Source: an uncultured Alphaproteobacteria bacterium (GTDB taxonomy: Bacteria > Pseudomonadota > Alphaproteobacteria > Rhizobiales > Xanthobacteraceae). Taken from it: a stretch of 64,000 nucleotides of DNA. Made by a program: the position numbers and the translations under genes. The notes under the pieces were generated by a model. It saw nothing but the letters and a program-made list of their open reading frames with translations. It was not told the DNA's origin and made no database searches. The stretch covers positions 267,879 through 331,878 of the forward strand of contig CAVXCG010000003.1 of assembly GCA_963760235.1 (NCBI GenBank), read 5' to 3'. Shown one piece after another: positions 28,574-37,352 of the stretch. How positions within the stretch are numbered: the stretch's first letter is position 1; each line of letters starts with the position of its first letter.

Positions 28574-29923
28574 CTACATCACCGCCCGGATCACCCGCGC
28601 CACCTTGTCGAAGATTTCGCCAATCTGCGGTTCGCCGACGATGAGCGGCGGGCACAGCGCGAGCGTGTCGCCGGTGATGCGGATCATCAGGTTCTCGTCG
28701 CCGAAGGCGCGATCCATGGCGGCGTAGGCGCGCGCGCCGGGAGCGCCGGGCCGCGGGGCGAGATCGATGCCGGCGGTCAGCCCGACAGTGCGGATGTCGA
28801 GCACTCCGGGCAGACCTCGCAGCGCCATCGCCGCGTCGGCGAAGGCCGGTTCGAGCGCGCGCGCGCGCTCGAACAGTCCCTCGTCGCGGTAGAGATCAAG
28901 CGCGGCGAGGCCGGCGGCGCAGGCGAGAGGATGCGCCGAGTAGGTGTAGCCGTGAAACAGTTCGATCGCCTCTTCGGGGCCGCGCATGAAGGAATCGTAG
29001 ACCGCCTGGCTCGCAATCACCCCGCCCATCGGCACGGCACCGGAGGTCACGCCCTTGGCGAAAGCGATGAGATCGGGCGTCACGCCGTAGCGCTCGGCGG
29101 CAAACGCGTGGCCGAGGCGACCGAAGCCGGTGATCACTTCATCGAAGATCAGCAGAATGCCGTGGCGGTCGCAGATCGCGCGCAGCCGCTCAAGATAGCC
29201 CTTCGGCGCCGGCAGCACGCCGGTCGAGCCGGCCATCGGTTCGACGATCACCGCGGCGACGGTCGAAGCGCCGTGCAGCGCCACGATGCGCTCCAGTTCG
29301 TCGGCCAGATGCGCCCCCCATTCCGGCTCGCCGCGGGTAAAGGCCTGTTGCTCGCGGTTATAGGTCGCCGGCAGGTGGTCGACGCCGGACAGAAGCGTGC
29401 CGAAGAATCTGCGATTGTTGACGATACCGCCGACGGAAATGCCGCCGAATCCGACCCCGTGATAGCCGCGCTCGCGTCCGATCAGCCTGCTGCGCGCGCC
29501 CTCGCCGCGAACGTTGTGATAGGCGAGCGCGATTTTCAGCGCCGTATCGACCGCCTCCGAACCGGAATTGCAGAAGAACACACGGTCGAGCCCCGTCGGC
29601 GCCAGCGCGGCAATGCGGCTTGCCAGCTCGAAGGCTTTGGGATGGGCGAATTGAAAGGCCGGTGCGTAATCCAGCTCTTCCGCCTGGCGCTGAATCGCGG
29701 CGACGATCGGGTCGCGGTTGTGGCCGGCATTGCTGCACCACAACCCGGCAGTGCCGTCGAGCACGGCGCGGCCGTCCACGGTGTAGTAATGCATGTCCTT
29801 GGCACGCGCGATCAACCGCGGCGAACGCTTGAATACGCGGTTGGGCGTAAACGGCAGCCAGAACGCCTCGAGGTCGTTGGTCGCCAGCGCTGGCGCAGTG
29901 TTCTTTGTTTTGGTCATGACCAT
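28574..29923 (-). CDS. Class-III (omega) aminotransferase, beta-alanine/omega-amino acid--pyruvate type
   Basis: 449 aa with motifs FWLPFTPNR, LWCSNAGHNR, FFCNSGSEAVDTALK, DEVITGFGRLG and AKGVTSGAVPMG (PLP Lys). Confidence 0.85.
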   Translation of the reverse strand: MVMTKTKNTAPALATNDLEAFWLPFTPNRVFKRSPRLIARAKDMHYYTVDGRAVLDGTAGLWCSNAGHNRDPIVAAIQRQAEELDYAPAFQFAHPKAFELASRIAALAPTGLDRVFFCNSGSEAVDTALKIALAYHNVRGEGARSRLIGRERGYHGVGFGGISVGGIVNNRRFFGTLLSGVDHLPATYNREQQAFTRGEPEWGAHLADELERIVALHGASTVAAVIVEPMAGSTGVLPAPKGYLERLRAICDRHGILLIFDEVITGFGRLGHAFAAERYGVTPDLIAFAKGVTSGAVPMGGVIASQAVYDSFMRGPEEAIELFHGYTYSAHPLACAAGLAALDLYRDEGLFERARALEPAFADAAMALRGLPGVLDIRTVGLTAGIDLAPRPGAPGARAYAAMDRAFGDENLMIRITGDTLALCPPLIVGEPQIGEIFDKVARVIRAVM

Positions 29924-30138
29924 TGGTCTGTTCCTCGCCAGTCCTCATCGCGCGGTGATTATCCACAGCAGCATGCGCCGATCCCGATAGATTACATTAT
30001 CTATTTAGACAACTTTCAATTGCATGCCATCCTGATGCTGCGACCGTCCAATTCGGCGGTTCGAGCCTTTCTGTCGAGTCCGTATGGTGGTCTGTCCTTT
30101 TTTACTCAAGCTTGGCAGCATTCTGCTGCGTCGTGCAA

Positions 30139-30876
30139 ATGGATCGATGGCGTTGCCATCCGCAGAAGCCGCTGCCGGGCCATTACGCACCGGCGGTGAA
30201 CGATGCTGCCCGCGCCGAGTGCGTCCGACAGGAACTGCGCCGCATACTCGGCAGCGATCAGTTTCGCGCCTCGCTGCGCTTGAAACACTTTCTGCATTTC
30301 GTCGTCGAGATGATGCTCGCCGGCAATTCCGCCGGCATCAAGGCCTACACGATCGCGGTCGACGCCCTCGGGCGGGGCGCCGATTTCGATCCGCAGCGTG
30401 ATCCGATCGTGCGGGTCGCGGCCGCGCGCCTGCGCCAGGCGCTGGCCCGCTATTACGCCGCGGCCGGACGCGACGACGAACTGGTCATCGATCTGCCGCG
30501 CGGCACCTATGTCCCGCTGGTGCGGCGGGCGGTGAGCGAGCCATCGGCCCCAGCGGAGAGCGGCACCGGTCCCCGCGAGACGCCGCTCGCCAAGACCTGG
30601 TGGGAACTGATCGCGTCACACCGGCGTGAGGCACTGCTGCAAAAACGGCTGAGCTGGGAATTGGGCGAGCAAATCCGAAGCATGCGCCGCACTCTCGACC
30701 AGTCCAAGGCGCTGCTGCGCCAGCATAGCGATTTTCAAATCATCTGCAGCCCTGCCGACTGCGCGGCTTCCCCTGCGCAAAGCGGACCCTGCCCGACGGA
30801 AGGCATTCTCGCCGGCGACAACCCCTCAATATCGGCTGGTGAATTTTCCCGCCTGATGGGCTATGGTTTGGCGTGA
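30139..30876 (+). CDS. Hypothetical protein with a regulator-type N-terminal module
   Basis: IKAYTIAVDALGRGADFDPQRDPIVRVAAARLRQALARYYAAAGRDDELVIDLPRGTYVPLV resembles a module seen at the N-terminus of many cyclase/TPR/kinase-type regulators (from memory, no family name assigned). The stop overlaps the next start (GTGA at 30873). Confidence 0.4.
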   Translation: MDRWRCHPQKPLPGHYAPAVNDAARAECVRQELRRILGSDQFRASLRLKHFLHFVVEMMLAGNSAGIKAYTIAVDALGRGADFDPQRDPIVRVAAARLRQALARYYAAAGRDDELVIDLPRGTYVPLVRRAVSEPSAPAESGTGPRETPLAKTWWELIASHRREALLQKRLSWELGEQIRSMRRTLDQSKALLRQHSDFQIICSPADCAASPAQSGPCPTEGILAGDNPSISAGEFSRLMGYGLA

Positions 30877-31289
30877 CATCCGGATGGGGCCGGACGGTGG
30901 GCAAGAGTTTCGCCAAGCCAACGATCGGGCGGCGCATCATTGCGCTCGCGACGGCTTATGTCATTGCGCTATCGAGCCTGGTCGTAAGCCTGAGTGCGGG
31001 ATATGCGGCGGCGGCAGAACTGGCCGACGGGTCCGTTCCGATCTGCCACGCCGGGGCCGCTGCCCAGCCCTCCCCGCTCGGCTCCCCCGATCGTGGCGCG
31101 GGCAAGCTGTGCACCGCCTGCTGCGTCGGCTGCCTGACCCAGGCGGCGATGCAACCTTCCCCGCCGGCCGAGGTCGCCGGTACACCACCATCGCCGCTGC
31201 GCAAGCTGACGAACGACGCCGCCGGCGTTTTGGCCGTCGGCCGGCAAACGCGAGCGCATCAATCGCGAGCGCCACCACCTCGCGCGTGA
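30873..31289 (+). CDS. Cys-rich membrane protein, DUF2946-like (copper-receptor-associated)
   Basis: TM segment IIALATAYVIALSSLVVSL followed by ICHAG...KLCTACCVGC. It lies directly upstream of a TonB receptor-copC-copD set, which is the usual DUF2946 context. Confidence 0.5.
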   Translation: MTSGWGRTVGKSFAKPTIGRRIIALATAYVIALSSLVVSLSAGYAAAAELADGSVPICHAGAAAQPSPLGSPDRGAGKLCTACCVGCLTQAAMQPSPPAEVAGTPPSPLRKLTNDAAGVLAVGRQTRAHQSRAPPPRA

Positions 31290-31346
31290 ACTCTGCCGCG
31301 GTCTGCCGCGGAATCGTTTCACGCTTCTGTTGCGAGGTCTCGTATC

Positions 31347-33818
31347 ATGTCTGCCCGTTGGGCAGTCGGCACCATCGCACTTGCCGCCAGCGTAGCCTTG
31401 TGCGTGTCGCTGCAGGCCCAGACTGCCGGCCAGCCCACGCCGCTGCCGCAGATCAAAGTCACCGGCAAACGGCTCGATCGCGCGCGCCAACACCGTCCGT
31501 CGCGCCGGCGCCCCGCCACAGCGGTGCGAGCACCCGCTCCGACCACTCCCGCCTCAACCACTACGGCTGCGGCATCGCAAGGTGCCGGGGCGGCAACGAG
31601 CGTCAACAGCGTTCCCCCGGTGGTGCAGCGCTTTCAGCTGCCGCAGGAATCCTCCAGCATCACGGCGCGCCAGATCGAAGAGACCGTCAACCTCAAAGAC
31701 CCCGAGGACGCCGTCAAATACATGCCCGGCCTGTTCGTGCGCAAACGCAACGACGGCGACAATCAGGCGGTGCTGGCGACGCGCACGTGGGGGCTCAATT
31801 CAAGCGCCCGCACCCTGATCTATCAGGATGATCTGCTGCTTTCGGCGCTGATCGGCAATAACAATTCGGGCGCCTCGCCGCATTGGAACCTGGTCTCGAC
31901 CGACTCGATCGCCCGCATCGACTTCCTCGACGGACCCTATGCGGCGATGTATCCGGGCAATTCGATGGGCGGCGTGCTGCTCATCACGACCAAAATGCCG
32001 GACAAGTTCGAAGCGACTGTCAAGCAGACGATCTCGATCCAGCCCTGGCAGCAATACGACACCAGGAACACCTATGCGAGCAGCCTCACCTCTGCCTCGG
32101 CCGGTGACCGCAACGGCGCGTTTTCGTGGCTGCTCAGCGCCAATTATCTCGACGCCTTCGAACAGCCGCTGACCTACACGACCAACGGCTCGCCGCCGGC
32201 GGGAACCTCCGGCACCATTGCGGCGCTCAACAAGCAGGGCCTGGTCGCCGACCTCGTCGGCACCGGCGCGCTGATTCACACCCGGCAGACCACCATCAAT
32301 CTGCGCCTCGCCTACGATCTCACCAACACCGTGCAGGCGACCTACGCGGTGGGACTTTGGAACAACATCCAGACATCGGACCCGCAGAGCTACCTGACTT
32401 CAACCGCAACCGGGGCGCCGACCTTCGGCGGCGTTTCCTCATTCGCCAGCAGCGAGTACAACTGGTACCAGACGCACCTGAGCAACGCCGTCTCGCTCAA
32501 GAGCAACAGCCGCGGCTGGTTCGATTTCGATCTTTCGGCGTCGAGCTACAATTACCTGCAGGACATCGAATACAATCCCTATACGGTGACGCCGACCGGG
32601 CTCGGCTTCTCGCAGAACGGCAAGATCACCCGCAACGACGGCACCGACTGGCAGAACGTCGACGCCAAGGGAATCTGGCGGCCCTTCGGCTACGATGGAC
32701 CGCAAGAGCTCAGCTTCGGCATCCACGGCGACCGCTACTATTTCGACAATCCGGTCTATGCCTCGTCGACCTGGAACAACACCTCGGCGACCGGCTCCGG
32801 ACAGCTTTATTCATACGGCGTCGGCGAGACGCGCACCGGCGCGCTGTGGGCGCAGGACGTCTGGCGGATCATCCCGACCGTGAAGCTGACGTTCGGCGGC
32901 CGGCTCGAGACCTGGCGCGCGCTGGACGGTTTTAATCTCAACACCAGCGCCACCTCCGCCGGCGTGATCACCTCGACCAGCACGATCAACCAGCCCGAAC
33001 TCGCCTCGACGAATTTTTCGCCCAAGGCCTCGCTGTCCTACGATCCGAACAAGGATTGGAACGTCACGGCGAATTTCGGCGAGGCCTACCGCTATCCAAC
33101 GGTCACCGAACTCTATCAGAACGTGACCGTCGACGGCGTGGCGGCCTTCGCCGATCCCAACTTGACACCGGAACAGGATTTCAACGGCGAAATCAACATC
33201 GAGCGCAAATGGAGCGATGGCAAGGTGCTGTTGACGGCATTCGAAGAACGCACCAACAACGCCATCATTTCGCAGACCAATCTCGTCACCGATCCGACCA
33301 CAGGCGCTCAAGTGCCGACCACCACGATCGGCAATGTCGCCGCCATCCGCATGCAGGGATTACAGGCCTCGGCGGACAAATATGACGTGCTGATCAAGGG
33401 CCTGCGCCTGTTCGGCAGCGTCACCTATGTCGACTCGCGCATCCTCTCTGATCCGACCTGGGCCGGCACCAATCCACTGAGCGGGCTGCCCGACAACGTG
33501 GTCGGCAAGCGCGTGCCCTATGTGCCGGACTGGCGCGCGACGGCGGGCTTCACCTACAAGCCGGACGACAACTGGTCCTGGACCGTCGCCGGTCGCTACA
33601 GCGGCAAGCAATATTCGACGCTCGACAACACCGATATCGTCTCGCACGTTTACGGCGCGTTCGACGATTATTTCGTGGTCGACGCGAAGGTGCATTACCA
33701 GACGAGCAAAAACTTCTCGTTCGATTTCGGCATCGACAATCTCTTCAACGAGCAATACTTCCTGTTCCACCCGTTCCCGGGCCGGACCTATGTACTGGCG
33801 GCACGCTACACGTTCTGA
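31347..33818 (+). CDS. TonB-dependent outer-membrane receptor (copper-cluster associated)
   Basis: 823 aa. Signal peptide, plug region (ITARQIEETVNLKDPEDAVKYMPGLFVRKR), a long barrel, and a C-terminal ...YVLAARYTF. Confidence 0.85.
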   Translation: MSARWAVGTIALAASVALCVSLQAQTAGQPTPLPQIKVTGKRLDRARQHRPSRRRPATAVRAPAPTTPASTTTAAASQGAGAATSVNSVPPVVQRFQLPQESSSITARQIEETVNLKDPEDAVKYMPGLFVRKRNDGDNQAVLATRTWGLNSSARTLIYQDDLLLSALIGNNNSGASPHWNLVSTDSIARIDFLDGPYAAMYPGNSMGGVLLITTKMPDKFEATVKQTISIQPWQQYDTRNTYASSLTSASAGDRNGAFSWLLSANYLDAFEQPLTYTTNGSPPAGTSGTIAALNKQGLVADLVGTGALIHTRQTTINLRLAYDLTNTVQATYAVGLWNNIQTSDPQSYLTSTATGAPTFGGVSSFASSEYNWYQTHLSNAVSLKSNSRGWFDFDLSASSYNYLQDIEYNPYTVTPTGLGFSQNGKITRNDGTDWQNVDAKGIWRPFGYDGPQELSFGIHGDRYYFDNPVYASSTWNNTSATGSGQLYSYGVGETRTGALWAQDVWRIIPTVKLTFGGRLETWRALDGFNLNTSATSAGVITSTSTINQPELASTNFSPKASLSYDPNKDWNVTANFGEAYRYPTVTELYQNVTVDGVAAFADPNLTPEQDFNGEINIERKWSDGKVLLTAFEERTNNAIISQTNLVTDPTTGAQVPTTTIGNVAAIRMQGLQASADKYDVLIKGLRLFGSVTYVDSRILSDPTWAGTNPLSGLPDNVVGKRVPYVPDWRATAGFTYKPDDNWSWTVAGRYSGKQYSTLDNTDIVSHVYGAFDDYFVVDAKVHYQTSKNFSFDFGIDNLFNEQYFLFHPFPGRTYVLAARYTF

Positions 33819-33875
33819 GCGGAACCCGATGCTGCGCGAATTTCGCCGCCGAAAAACCCCGTGAAGGAGTATTCA

Positions 33876-34250
33876 ATGCGCATCCCCCCCGCCCTCGCAT
33901 CGGCTTTATTCGCCGCGCTGACCATGGCCCTCACGCTCGGCTCGCCCGCCGCGCAGGCGCACGCCTTCCTCGACCACGCAAGCCCGCAGGCCGGCGGTAC
34001 GGTGGCGGCGGCGCCGTCCGAGCTGACCCTGTGGTTCACGCAAAATCTGGAACCGGCGTTCAGCACGGTGCAAGTGACGGCGCCGAGCGGCGAACGGGTC
34101 GATCAAGGCAAGCCGCAGATCAGCGGCAACACCATGCGGGTCGCGATCAAGGCTGCAGGCTCCGGCACCTATCACGTCCAATGGCACGCGCTCTCGGTCG
34201 ATACCCATACGACACAGGGAAGCTTCATCTTCCGCGTCGGAGTAAAGTGA
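33876..34250 (+). CDS. copC: Periplasmic copper-binding protein CopC
   Basis: AAGGAG then ATG 33876. Signal peptide, then mature HAFLDHASPQAGGTV... and YHVQWHALSVDTHTTQGSFIFRV. Confidence 0.85.
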   Translation: MRIPPALASALFAALTMALTLGSPAAQAHAFLDHASPQAGGTVAAAPSELTLWFTQNLEPAFSTVQVTAPSGERVDQGKPQISGNTMRVAIKAAGSGTYHVQWHALSVDTHTTQGSFIFRVGVK

Positions 34251-34299
34251 CGGCGTTCGCGCGCGCAATCGCAGAGCGCACCGCGCGCGGGAGGATGGT

Positions 34300-35616
34300 T
34301 TGGACGCGCTGATATTTTATGCCCGGGCCGTGCATTTCGCCGCGACCATGATGGTGGCGGGGGCGGTCTTCTTCGCCGTCCTGATCGCCGAACCGGCATT
34401 GCGCAAGACGGCCGACCATTCGCACGCCGCCGCGCAATTCCAAGCGCGGCTCGCCTCGATCGCATGGGGCGGCATCGCGTTTTCGCTGCTTTCCGGCGCC
34501 GCCTGGCTGGTGTTGACCGTCGCGTCGATGAGCGGTCAGCCGGCCGCGCAGGTCTACGCCAGCGGCGTCCTTTGGACTGTGCTGTCGCAGACCGTCTTCG
34601 GCAACGACTGGCTCGTCCGGTTCGTCATCGCCTGCGGCCTCACCGCGTTGTTCGCTCCGCTCTTTTCGACGGCACGCGCCAAGCCGGTCTGGCTCAGAGC
34701 CGCGGCAATTCTTCTCGCTGCGGCCCTGGTGGGTTCGCTTGCCTTCGCCGGCCATGCCATCGGCGCGCAAGGACTTGAAGGCGTGCTTCATCCGGCCGCG
34801 GACGTCGTGCATCTGGTCGCCGCGGCCGCGTGGGTCGGAAGCCTCGTTCCGCTCGCTCTGTTGCTCGCGATCGACGAGGCCGACACGTCGGCGCTCGCGG
34901 CGGCGCGCATCGCGACCTTGCGCTTCTCGATGCTCGGCATCGTCAGCGTTGCCGCCATCCTGATCACCGGCATCGTCAACAGCTGGTATCTGGTGGGCAG
35001 CGTCGCGGCGTTCACCGAGAGCGAGTACGGCCGGCTGCTCCTGGTCAAGATCGCGTTGTTCGCGGCCATGGTGGCGATCGCCAGCGTCAATCGCCTGTGG
35101 CTGACCCCCGCCATGGTCGATAACGCGGACCTTGCGGCCGCGCTCAGGGCGCGGCGCCGATTGCGCCGCAACGCCGCGATCGAAGCGTTTTTCGGCGCCG
35201 CGATCATCGCCATCGTCGCCGTATTGGGAACATTGCCGCCGGCGAGCCACGCCCATCATCACGCGGCCGAAGCCATCCCCGCCGGTGCTTCCTTCCAGCA
35301 CATTCACGGCGAGGACGGCATGGCGGACGTGACCATCGATCCCGGCCACGTCGGCACCACGAGCGTCACTATCCATCTCCTCGACGACGACCTGGAAACG
35401 CTTGCGGCGCGCTCGGTCACGCTCACTCTCACCGCGCCGACGCCCGCAGCCAAGCCGATAACGCGTACGGCCATTATGGACACCGCCGGCAAGTGGCACG
35501 TCGATGCGGTCGAACTGACCGAGCCGGGCAACTGGTCGGTGACCGTCGACGCGCTGCTCGGAACGACCAAGCGGCTGCAACTCACCGCTCCGATCGTCAT
35601 CGATCCGCAGCGCTGA
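34300..35616 (+). CDS. copD: Copper-resistance membrane protein CopD with a ~120-aa C-terminal soluble extension
   Basis: GGGAGGA then TTG 34300. About 8 TM segments of CopD type, then HAHHHAAE and a beta-rich tail (VTIDPGHVGTTSVTIHLLDD...GKWHVDAVELTEPGNWSVTVDAL) that resembles YtkA/FixH-like domains. Confidence 0.8.
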   Translation: MDALIFYARAVHFAATMMVAGAVFFAVLIAEPALRKTADHSHAAAQFQARLASIAWGGIAFSLLSGAAWLVLTVASMSGQPAAQVYASGVLWTVLSQTVFGNDWLVRFVIACGLTALFAPLFSTARAKPVWLRAAAILLAAALVGSLAFAGHAIGAQGLEGVLHPAADVVHLVAAAAWVGSLVPLALLLAIDEADTSALAAARIATLRFSMLGIVSVAAILITGIVNSWYLVGSVAAFTESEYGRLLLVKIALFAAMVAIASVNRLWLTPAMVDNADLAAALRARRRLRRNAAIEAFFGAAIIAIVAVLGTLPPASHAHHHAAEAIPAGASFQHIHGEDGMADVTIDPGHVGTTSVTIHLLDDDLETLAARSVTLTLTAPTPAAKPITRTAIMDTAGKWHVDAVELTEPGNWSVTVDALLGTTKRLQLTAPIVIDPQR

Positions 35617-35643
35617 ATCTCGTCATCGATCCGCAGCGCTGAA
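35595..35643 (+). repeat. 26-bp-period tandem duplication spanning the copD stop codon
   Basis: CGTCATCGATCCGCAGCGCTGAA occurs at 35595..35617 and again at 35621..35643 (23/23 identical, 3-nt spacer). Confidence 0.9.
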
Positions 35644-35732
35644 CCGAAGTCTCTTTTCAGCAAACGTGAGGTTTTTTATCAACATATGCCATCGGAGGCG
35701 CGCGCGAAGCCGCGCCGCGAGGCCGCGGCATT

Positions 35733-36635
35733 TCAGAACGGCCGGTCACCGTTGATGGTGCAGCGGCGCATCACGCGCTTTTGCCGCGCTTCGTCGAATC
35801 CGGTGGCGCGGTGCAGCGTGCAGCGGTTATCCCAGACCATGCACTGGCGCGGCGTCCAGGTGTGCGAATAGACGCGTTCGCCCGGCGTGATCATGCCGTT
35901 GAGTTCCTCGATGAGCGCGCGGCCTTCGTCGTAATCCATGCCTTCGATGGATTCGGCATGGTCGCCCAGAAAGATCGCCTTGCGCCCGGTCTCGGGATGG
36001 GTGCGCACGATCGGATGCGCGACCGGCGGCACCTCGGATTTCTGTTTGGTCGTCAGCAAATCCTCGCCGTGGCGGCGAGTGCGTGAAAAATCGAGATTGT
36101 GCACCGCGCGTTTGCCTTCGATCTTCGCCTTCAAGGCCGCTGGCAACAGGTCGTAAGCCGAATACATGTCGGCGAATTGCGTTTCGCCGCCCAGCCCCGG
36201 CGGCGGCACGATTTCCGAATACATCATTGTTGCCTGGCCGGTGCGCTCACGCCACGAGCCGTCGGTATGCCAGTACAGCGTGCCCTTGTCCGGATGCTTG
36301 CCGCTCGGATTGCCGTCCCTGTCGAGGTTGGACAGTCGATAGATTTCCGGGTGGTCCTTGTAGCCGTACGTGTCGCTGAGCACATGGACCTGCACCTCGC
36401 CGAAATTGCGCGCGAACGCGACCTGGGTTGCCGGCGGCAAATCGACGTCGCGGAACAGAATGAGCTCGTAGTCGAGAAACGCCTCGTACACCTTGGCGAA
36501 CAGCCCGGGTGATACCGCCTGCGCAAGAGTGATGCCGCTGATCTCACAGCCGAGCGCCGGATGCAGCGGCTTGACCGAAAACGGCCAATCGCGGCTCGCG
36601 TACTCTCGCGGTTCGTTGCGCTGCAGTTGCGTCAT
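35733..36635 (-). CDS. TauD/TfdA-family Fe(II)/2-oxoglutarate dioxygenase
   Basis: 300 aa with YWHTDGSW (His-x-Asp), the distal His in RVYSHTW, and CTLHRATGF. Confidence 0.8.
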   Translation of the reverse strand: MTQLQRNEPREYASRDWPFSVKPLHPALGCEISGITLAQAVSPGLFAKVYEAFLDYELILFRDVDLPPATQVAFARNFGEVQVHVLSDTYGYKDHPEIYRLSNLDRDGNPSGKHPDKGTLYWHTDGSWRERTGQATMMYSEIVPPPGLGGETQFADMYSAYDLLPAALKAKIEGKRAVHNLDFSRTRRHGEDLLTTKQKSEVPPVAHPIVRTHPETGRKAIFLGDHAESIEGMDYDEGRALIEELNGMITPGERVYSHTWTPRQCMVWDNRCTLHRATGFDEARQKRVMRRCTINGDRPF

Positions 36636-36700
36636 GACGGCCTCCCGGCAGTTTTGTGCGCGGCGTGATTATGCCAGCAGCCGCGTACACTTCCTAGGGG

Positions 36701-36771
36701 AGCGGATTTGACATTTGCGACCCCCTTTGCCGCCAATTCGCGAAGCGAATGTCAAATCTAAAAGCGCCGCT
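36701..36771. promoter_or_regulatory. Long inverted repeat upstream of the TauD-family gene (operator candidate or REP-like hairpin)
   Basis: GATTTGACATT (36705..36715) pairs with AATGTCAAATC (36748..36758), and AGCGG pairs with CCGCT outside them. It lies 70-135 nt upstream of the start at 36635. The arm sequence is related to the arms of the repeats at 36785 and 37278. Confidence 0.4.
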
Positions 36772-36784
36772 GAAACTGATAGTT

Positions 36785-36861
36785 GCTAGTTGTCCTTTGA
36801 TTCTAACATCCGCAAACGAGCCTGCCGAACGCGGATGCGAATGTCGGAATCGGACCACTAG
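36785..36861 (+). repeat. Palindromic ~77-nt repeat element, copy B
   Basis: GCTAGTTGTCCTTTGATTCTAACATCCGCA...GCGAATGTCGGAATCGGACCACTAG. The termini are inverted (CTAGTnGTCC / GGACCnCTAG), and the left arm is nearly identical to copy C. Confidence 0.8.
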
Positions 36862-36905
36862 TCTAGCCGGCGCATCGGCCCGCTAAACCGCGGCGCGCGG
36901 CGAGT

Positions 36906-37259
36906 TCACCAGATGGCAACGAGACAGATCAACGCGAACGGAACGGCGACGAGGCCCAGATAGATCCACGTCCGGTATCCCTGGCTGTCCTGCGGCCCCT
37001 TGAAGAGCTGGACCGCGAGCCAGATGCAGACCGCCAGGCCGAGCAGCAAGCGAACGACATCGAGCGGTGTATCGTAGACCGTCCACAGCGTCTCGTTCTG
37101 CGGCAGACTGACGACAAGCGTGATCAGTCCCACCGTGCAGATGAAGATGACGCGCAAGACGGTGGCCGCGATTATCAAACCGGGCGAGACCCGCTCGGTG
37201 GACGATGAGGCATCGCAGACGCTCCCACCCTGCGCCAGCCTGCTCCAAAATGGTCGCAT
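36906..37259 (-). CDS. Small hypothetical membrane protein (3 TM), bracketed by palindromic repeats
   Basis: 117 aa with hydrophobic segments LIIAATVLRVIFICTVGLITLVV, VVRLLLGLAVCIWLAVQLF and IYLGLVAVPFALICLVAIW. I recognise no family. Confidence 0.5.
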   Translation of the reverse strand: MRPFWSRLAQGGSVCDASSSTERVSPGLIIAATVLRVIFICTVGLITLVVSLPQNETLWTVYDTPLDVVRLLLGLAVCIWLAVQLFKGPQDSQGYRTWIYLGLVAVPFALICLVAIW

Positions 37260-37277
37260 AGCCGTAATTCCTTGTTC

Positions 37278-37352
37278 GCTAGTGGTCCTTTGATTCTAAC
37301 ATTCGCATGAGAGCGTGCCGCATTGGGACGAAGGTTAGAATCGGACCCCTAG
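37278..37352 (+). repeat. Palindromic ~75-nt repeat element, copy C
   Basis: GCTAGTGGTCCTTTGATTCTAACATTCGCA...GGTTAGAATCGGACCCCTAG, in the same orientation as copy B. Its terminal CTAG supplies the stop codon of gene 37349..37972. Confidence 0.8.

Noticed and set aside
36785-37352. An Irr/ICE-like iron-control element inside the palindromic repeats (TTCTAAC / GTTAGAA).
   Set aside because: The half-sites resemble TTTAGAA/TTCTAAA only loosely. They are about 38 nt apart instead of 3, and they are better explained as the arms of a repeat-family hairpin.
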